From an uncultured Bacillales bacterium (GTDB lineage Bacteria; Bacillota_I; Bacilli_A; RF39; UBA660), in assembly GCA_946539445.1 (NCBI GenBank), contig CAMNHK010000006.1, positions 1 to 54,023 of the forward strand: 54,023 nt of DNA. Reading direction: 5' to 3'. Under the pieces are notes generated by a model. That model searched no databases and had not been told where the DNA came from. It saw only the letters and a program-made list of their open reading frames with translations. Numbering within the stretch: position 1 is the first letter of the stretch; each line of letters begins with the position of its first letter. This document shows, one piece after another, positions 48,424 to 54,023 of this stretch. Made by a program: the position numbers and the translations under genes.

Positions 48424-49532
48424 AAATTAGTAAAATTAATTTAGTTCATTTTAGAAATTATTCTAATCAAACTATCTCTTTTGGAGATGGAATGAATATT
48501 TTTGTCGGAAACAATGCTCAAGGTAAGACTAATATTTTGGAGGGAATTACTTTTTTAGCACTTACTAAATCTCATCGTATTGGGGTAAGTCCCAATATTA
48601 TAATGTTTGGTAAAGACAAAAGTAAAATTTCAGGAGTTGTAAAAAAAGACAAAATTATTTCTAAATTGGAGATTGAAATAGGGGAAGATTATAAGAAATT
48701 AAGAGTTAATAAAACAGAAATAAAAAAAGTAGCTGACTATATTTCTTATTTAAATATCATTATTTTTACTCCTGATGATTTAGAAATAGTTAAAGGATCC
48801 CCTAATGTTCGTAGGAATCTTTTAAATATTCAGTTATCTCAGATTTCAAAGGATTATCTTAAATATTATAATGAGTATAATAAATTGTTAAAAACTCGTA
48901 ATGAATATTTGAAAATACTATTTAATAACAATATAGCAGATAAAACATACTTAGATATTTTAACTGATAAATTAATTGAAAAAGCAGTTTTTATTTATCA
49001 AAAAAGGAAAGAGTATATTGATTCTGTTAATGTGAATATTAATCATTATTTTTTTGATATATCAGGAGATAATGGAGTTTGGGTAAAATATCTTCCAAAT
49101 GTTGAATTTGAAGATTATGATTCTGAGACAATTCGAAAAAAATTGAAATATACTTTTAAGAAAAATTATATGAAAGAACTTAACTATGGTATGACTATAT
49201 ATGGTCCACACAGAGATGATTTTTATTTTGAATATGATGGTCATGATTTGAAATATTATGGATCTCAAGGACAACAAAAACTAGCTATATTATCTTTTAA
49301 ATTATCAGAAATTCCTATTTTTGATAATTACTGTGGCACTAGTCCCGTTTTGCTTTTAGATGATATATTTAGTGAATTAGATATAAAAAAACGTAATAAA
49401 TTATTGAAAATTATTAATGAAGATAATATTCAAAGTGTTATTACTACTACAGACTTGAAAAATATAACAAAAAAATATTTAGAAAATGCCTGTGTATTTA
49501 ATGTAGTTAACGGTATAGTTGAAAGAAAGTAG
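48420..49532 (+). CDS. recF: DNA replication and repair protein RecF
   Basis: [24 protein letters not shown] and LLLDD. Confidence 0.96.
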   Translation: MKISKINLVHFRNYSNQTISFGDGMNIFVGNNAQGKTNILEGITFLALTKSHRIGVSPNIIMFGKDKSKISGVVKKDKIISKLEIEIGEDYKKLRVNKTEIKKVADYISYLNIIIFTPDDLEIVKGSPNVRRNLLNIQLSQISKDYLKYYNEYNKLLKTRNEYLKILFNNNIADKTYLDILTDKLIEKAVFIYQKRKEYIDSVNVNINHYFFDISGDNGVWVKYLPNVEFEDYDSETIRKKLKYTFKKNYMKELNYGMTIYGPHRDDFYFEYDGHDLKYYGSQGQQKLAILSFKLSEIPIFDNYCGTSPVLLLDDIFSELDIKKRNKLLKIINEDNIQSVITTTDLKNITKKYLENACVFNVVNGIVERK

Positions 49533-49540
49533 GTATTAAA

Positions 49541-51469
49541 ATGAATGAAGAAAAAGTAGAAAAAGAATATAATTCATCCTCTATACAAGTATTGGAAGGT
49601 TTGGAAGCAGTTCGTAAACGTCCTGGTATGTATATTGGTACTACAAGTTCTAGAGGGTTGCATCATTTAGTTTGGGAGATTGTTGATAATGCGATTGACG
49701 AGGCATTAGCTGGATATTGTACTCATATCGAGGTAACGATTTGTAAAGATAACAGTATTATTGTTAAAGATGATGGGCGTGGTATTCCAGTTGATATTCA
49801 CCCAAAAACAGGAAAAAGTACTGTTGAAACAGTTTATACTGTATTGCATGCTGGTGGTAAATTTGGTGGTGGAGGATATAAAGTATCTGGTGGACTTCAT
49901 GGTGTTGGAGCTAGTGTTGTTAATGCTTTGTCCGATTGGCTAGAAGTTCGTGTTTATAAGAATGGAAATGTTTACTATCAAAGATTTAGTCATGGTGGTC
50001 ATCCTGATGATGATTTAAAAGTAATTGATACTTGTGATGCTGATCGTACTGGTACTACTGTTCATTTTTTACCAGATGATGAAATTTTTACAGAAACTAC
50101 TGTGTTTGATTATGATATTTTAAAAAATCGTTTAAAGGAATTAGCTTTTTTAAATAAAGGATTACGCATTTCTTTATTTGATGATCGTGAAGCTGATAAG
50201 AAAGATACTTTTTGCTATCAAGGTGGTTTAGTAGAATATGTCGAGATGCTTAATAAAAATAAGGGACCTATTCATGAAACGATAGTAGATGTTGAAGGAA
50301 CTGAAAATGATATAAAAGTAGAAGTGGCTCTTCAATATAATGAAAGTTATAATGAAAGTATTTACTCTTTTGTTAACAATATTACTACACCTGAAGGTGG
50401 TACTCATGAAGATGGCGTTAGACGTGCATTAACAAGAATTTTAAATAAATATGCTACTACTAATAATCTATTAAAGGAAAAAGATGATCCATTAACAGGA
50501 GAAGATGTTCGTGAAGGTGTTACGATGATTATTTCTGTTAAACATCCTAACCCACAATTTGAAGGACAAACTAAGACGAAACTTGGTAATAGCGAAGTTC
50601 GTGGTATTGCTGATAAGATATTTTCTGAAGCTTTTGAAAGGTTCTTATTAGAAAATCCAGATCAAGCTAGAATTATTGTTGATAAAGCTATGACTGCTTC
50701 TAGAGCTAGAGTTGCTGCTAAAAAAGCACGTGAATTAACTCGACGCAAAGGAGATTTAGATGTTACTAATTTTTATGGAAAACTATCTGATTGTAAGAGT
50801 AAGGATGCCACAGTTTCTGAAATATTCTTAGTCGAGGGAGATTCTGCAGGTGGTTCTGCCATTAAAGGTAGAGATTCTATGACACAGGCAATTTTGCCTT
50901 TACGTGGAAAAATTTTAAATGTTGAAAAAGCTCGTTTAGATCGTGCTTTAGGAAATGAGGAAATACGTACTATTATCACTGCTTTTGGTACAGGTATTGG
51001 AGAGGAATTTGACTTATCTAAATTACGTTATCATAAGATTATTATTATGACAGATGCTGATGTTGATGGAAGTCATATTCGTGTTTTATTATTAACTTTG
51101 TTTTATCGTTTCTTCCGTCCTATTGTTGAGGCAGGACATGTTTATGCGGCTCAACCTCCTTTGTTTTGTATTAAACATGGAAAAGTAATTAAGTATGTTT
51201 TAAATGAAGATGAAAGAGATGAATATTTGGCTAGTTTATCTCCTAATACAAAATATGAGATTACACGTATGAAAGGTTTAGGAGAGATGGATGCTGAAGA
51301 ATTAAATGCAACAACAATGGATATTAAATCGCGTGTATTGCGTCAAATAACTGTAGATGATGCAATTGCGGCTGATGAAGTATTCTCTAAATTAATGGGT
51401 GAGGAAGTTGATCCTCGTCGTGAATTTATTGAAACGAATGCAACTTATGTTTCAAATTTGGATATTTAG
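49541..51469 (+). CDS. gyrB: DNA gyrase subunit B
   Basis: [27 protein letters not shown] and DADVDG. Confidence 0.97.
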   Translation: MNEEKVEKEYNSSSIQVLEGLEAVRKRPGMYIGTTSSRGLHHLVWEIVDNAIDEALAGYCTHIEVTICKDNSIIVKDDGRGIPVDIHPKTGKSTVETVYTVLHAGGKFGGGGYKVSGGLHGVGASVVNALSDWLEVRVYKNGNVYYQRFSHGGHPDDDLKVIDTCDADRTGTTVHFLPDDEIFTETTVFDYDILKNRLKELAFLNKGLRISLFDDREADKKDTFCYQGGLVEYVEMLNKNKGPIHETIVDVEGTENDIKVEVALQYNESYNESIYSFVNNITTPEGGTHEDGVRRALTRILNKYATTNNLLKEKDDPLTGEDVREGVTMIISVKHPNPQFEGQTKTKLGNSEVRGIADKIFSEAFERFLLENPDQARIIVDKAMTASRARVAAKKARELTRRKGDLDVTNFYGKLSDCKSKDATVSEIFLVEGDSAGGSAIKGRDSMTQAILPLRGKILNVEKARLDRALGNEEIRTIITAFGTGIGEEFDLSKLRYHKIIIMTDADVDGSHIRVLLLTLFYRFFRPIVEAGHVYAAQPPLFCIKHGKVIKYVLNEDERDEYLASLSPNTKYEITRMKGLGEMDAEELNATTMDIKSRVLRQITVDDAIAADEVFSKLMGEEVDPRREFIETNATYVSNLDI

Positions 51470-51480
51470 GAGGGTTTTGA

Positions 51481-53958
51481 ATGGATCGTTTAGAGAAAAA
51501 TAATATTGTAAAAGAAGTACAAGATTCTTTTTTAGAGTATTCCATGAGTGTTATTGTTGCTCGTGCACTTCCTGATTTGAGAGATGGTTTAAAACCAGTT
51601 CATAGACGTATTCTTTATTCAATGTATGAATCTGGTTATACTCCTGATAAACCTCATAAAAAGAGTGCGAGAATTGTCGGAGATGTAATGGGAAAATATC
51701 ACCCACATGGAGATTCTTCTATTTATGAAGCAATGGTTCGTATGGCTCAAGACTTTTCTTATCGATATATGTTAGTTGATGGCCATGGTAATTTTGGTAA
51801 TATTGAAGGGTATGGGGCTGCTGCTATGCGTTATACAGAATCAAGATTATCAAAGATTTCCTTGGAATTGTTAAGAAATATTAATAAAGATACGGTTAAT
51901 TTTGTTCCAAATTTCGATGAAAGTGAGCGTGAACCAGAAGTATTACCTTCTAGATTTCCAAATATCTTAGTAAATGGTACTACTGGTATTGCTGTTGGTA
52001 TGGCTACCAATATTCCTCCTCATAATTTACGGGAAGTTGTAGATGGTTGTATTGCTTATATTGATAATCCGGATATAGAATTAGATGAGTTAATGCAATA
52101 TATTAAAGGACCTGATTTTCCAACCGGAGCTATCATTCTAGGTAATAGTGGAATTCGTAAAGCTTATGAAACTGGTCGAGGAACTATTACAATTCGAAGC
52201 AGAGCTAGAATTGAAGAAGAAAATGGAAAGCAACAGATAATAATTGATGAAGTTCCTTATGGAGTAAATACTTTAGAATTAAAAAATAAAGTAGCTGAAC
52301 TTGTTCATAATAAAGTAATAGATGGTATTTCGGATTATCATTCTGATTTAAAAGATGGTATTAAGATTACGATTACTTTAAAAAGAGATGCAAATGCTCA
52401 AGTTGTTTTAAATAAATTATATAAACATACACAATTTCAAACGACTTATGGAATTATTTTCTTGATGTTGGATCAAGGAGTTCCTAAAACTTTGGGATTA
52501 AAGGATATTATTTCAAAATATATTGATTATCAAAAAGAAGTTATTATACGTAGAACAAGATTTGATCTTGATGTTGCTGAAAAAAGAGTACATATTTTAG
52601 AGGGATTAAAGATTGCTCTTGATAATATTGATGCTGTTATCAAAGTTATTCGTGGAGCTGAGTCTGATGAAGAAGCTAAATCTGGATTGATGAATGGCTT
52701 TGGATTATCTGAAGTTCAAGCTAATGCTATATTGGAAATGAAATTGCGTCGTTTAACGGGCTTAGAGCGTGAAAAAGTTGAAAACGAGTTAAATGACTTA
52801 CTTCAATTAATTTCTGAGTTAAAAGCGATTTTAGCTAGTGATGAAAAGATATTAGAAGTTATTAAAAATGAATTAACTGAAATTAAACAAAAATATGGAG
52901 ATGATCGTCGTACAAGTATTGATATGACAGCCATTGAATATATTGAAGATGAATCTCTTATTCCAGAAGAAGACATTATTATAAATCTTACAAAAAATGG
53001 ATATATTAAACGTCTTAGAACGGATACTTATAAAACTCAAAATCGTGGTGGGGTTGGTATTAAAGGTATGTCTACCAATGAAGAAGATTTTGTAGAACAT
53101 TTAATTGCTATGAAAACTCATGACTACTTATTATTCTTTTCTAATCGTGGTAGAGTTTATCGAATGAAAGGTTATGAAGTTCCTGAATATTCAAGGCAGT
53201 CTAAAGGTTTACCTATTATTAATTTATTGCCACTAGAGAAAGATGAGAACATTAGTTCGATAATCTCAATAAAGCAAAACGATGAATTTACAAAATATTT
53301 AATGTTTGCTACTAAGAAAGGTATTGTTAAACGTACACCAATTGAAGAGTTTGATAATATTCGTAAAAGTGGAAAAATTGCGATTGTTCTTAAGGATGAT
53401 GATGAGTTAATCAGTGTAAAAAGCACTTGTGGAAAAAATGAAATTGTCATTGGTGCAAGCAATGGTAGATTAGTTCGATTTGATGAAAATGAGGTTCGTT
53501 CTATGGGACGAAGCAGTAGTGGAGTAAAAGGAATTGAACTTGGTGATAGTATTGTTGTTGGAGCTGAAGTGGTAGAACCTGGTCATTATGTACTAATTGT
53601 CACTGAAAATGGTTATGGTAAACAAACTGTAATTGATGAATATCGTCTTACTCATCGTGGTAGCAAAGGAGTAAAAGCTTTAAATGTTACTGAAAAAAAT
53701 GGTATGATGGCTTCTTTGAAATGTTTAAATCCTGAAGCTCATTTAGATCTTATGATTATTACTAATAGCGGAATTTTAATTAAACTTCCACTTGAACAAG
53801 TTTCTACATTGAAGCGTGCTACTCAAGGTGTTAGACTTATTAATTTAAAAGATGATCAAAAAGTTTCTACTGTAGCTTTGGTTGAAAAAGAAGACGATAA
53901 TGTAGATGATAATTCTATTCCAGAAGAATCAGAACAAAAAGAAAAAGAGAATGAATAA
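51481..53958 (+). CDS. gyrA: DNA gyrase subunit A
   Basis: HPHGD, AAMRYTE and GyrA-box QNRGGVG. Confidence 0.97.
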   Translation: MDRLEKNNIVKEVQDSFLEYSMSVIVARALPDLRDGLKPVHRRILYSMYESGYTPDKPHKKSARIVGDVMGKYHPHGDSSIYEAMVRMAQDFSYRYMLVDGHGNFGNIEGYGAAAMRYTESRLSKISLELLRNINKDTVNFVPNFDESEREPEVLPSRFPNILVNGTTGIAVGMATNIPPHNLREVVDGCIAYIDNPDIELDELMQYIKGPDFPTGAIILGNSGIRKAYETGRGTITIRSRARIEEENGKQQIIIDEVPYGVNTLELKNKVAELVHNKVIDGISDYHSDLKDGIKITITLKRDANAQVVLNKLYKHTQFQTTYGIIFLMLDQGVPKTLGLKDIISKYIDYQKEVIIRRTRFDLDVAEKRVHILEGLKIALDNIDAVIKVIRGAESDEEAKSGLMNGFGLSEVQANAILEMKLRRLTGLEREKVENELNDLLQLISELKAILASDEKILEVIKNELTEIKQKYGDDRRTSIDMTAIEYIEDESLIPEEDIIINLTKNGYIKRLRTDTYKTQNRGGVGIKGMSTNEEDFVEHLIAMKTHDYLLFFSNRGRVYRMKGYEVPEYSRQSKGLPIINLLPLEKDENISSIISIKQNDEFTKYLMFATKKGIVKRTPIEEFDNIRKSGKIAIVLKDDDELISVKSTCGKNEIVIGASNGRLVRFDENEVRSMGRSSSGVKGIELGDSIVVGAEVVEPGHYVLIVTENGYGKQTVIDEYRLTHRGSKGVKALNVTEKNGMMASLKCLNPEAHLDLMIITNSGILIKLPLEQVSTLKRATQGVRLINLKDDQKVSTVALVEKEDDNVDDNSIPEESEQKEKENE

Positions 53959-54023
53959 TTCTCTTTTTTTTATTGTTTTATAACGATATTATCCCTTGTG
54001 GAAAAAAATATTTTCAAGAAATA

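Noticed and set aside
5911-53462. Numerous antisense or overlapping ORFs in the six-frame track (e.g. 5911-6348, 9492-9845, 23471-23923, 33794-34198, 41446-41934, 53172-53462)
   Set aside because: They are shadows of well-conserved genes on the other strand or frame, with no SD or recognisable motifs.
1-54023. CRISPR array, prophage, IS, tRNA/rRNA or an alternative genetic code
   Set aside because: No spaced repeats, integrase/transposase or tRNA/rRNA signatures are seen. TGA terminates conserved genes at their expected ends.

Overview
Very AT-rich chromosomal window spanning the replication origin of a small-genome, cell-walled Bacilli-type Firmicute. It uses the standard code 11, since TGA acts as a stop (e.g. 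rpoE, dnaB). An RF39-like gut lineage is my inference and is not proven. Genes left of ~44.7 kb are almost all on the - strand and genes right of it are on the + strand, with DnaA-box clusters flanking dnaA. The order secA-hpf-...-tagO-mbl-spoIIQ-...-prfA-rpoE-argS-pbpG-pta-ung-rlmH-walJ-dnaB-rplI-gdpP-rpsR-ssb-rpsF-ychF-parB-parA-noc-rsmG-mnmG-mnmE-jag-yidC-rnpA-rpmH-oriC-dnaA-dnaN-recF-gyrB-gyrA is a heavily compressed version of the Bacillus left-of-origin arm. I see no mobile element, CRISPR array, rRNA or tRNA. Features missing from the ORF track are the partial secA, rpmH, a 6S RNA, the S6:S18 and L31 leaders, and a SD-led 8-codon uORF coupled to recF. The main oddities are: comK in place of yaaA inside the dnaN-recF block; a Noc with a ~200-aa insertion and no N-terminal amphipathic helix; altered ssDNA-binding residues in DnaA; local absence of walRK; a sensor-less GdpP; retained forespore genes; several apparent pseudo-enzymes; and an accessory pair (zinc-ribbon membrane protein plus 828-aa membrane HExxH protein). 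The window is mostly housekeeping DNA, and none of these oddities is a proven new system.
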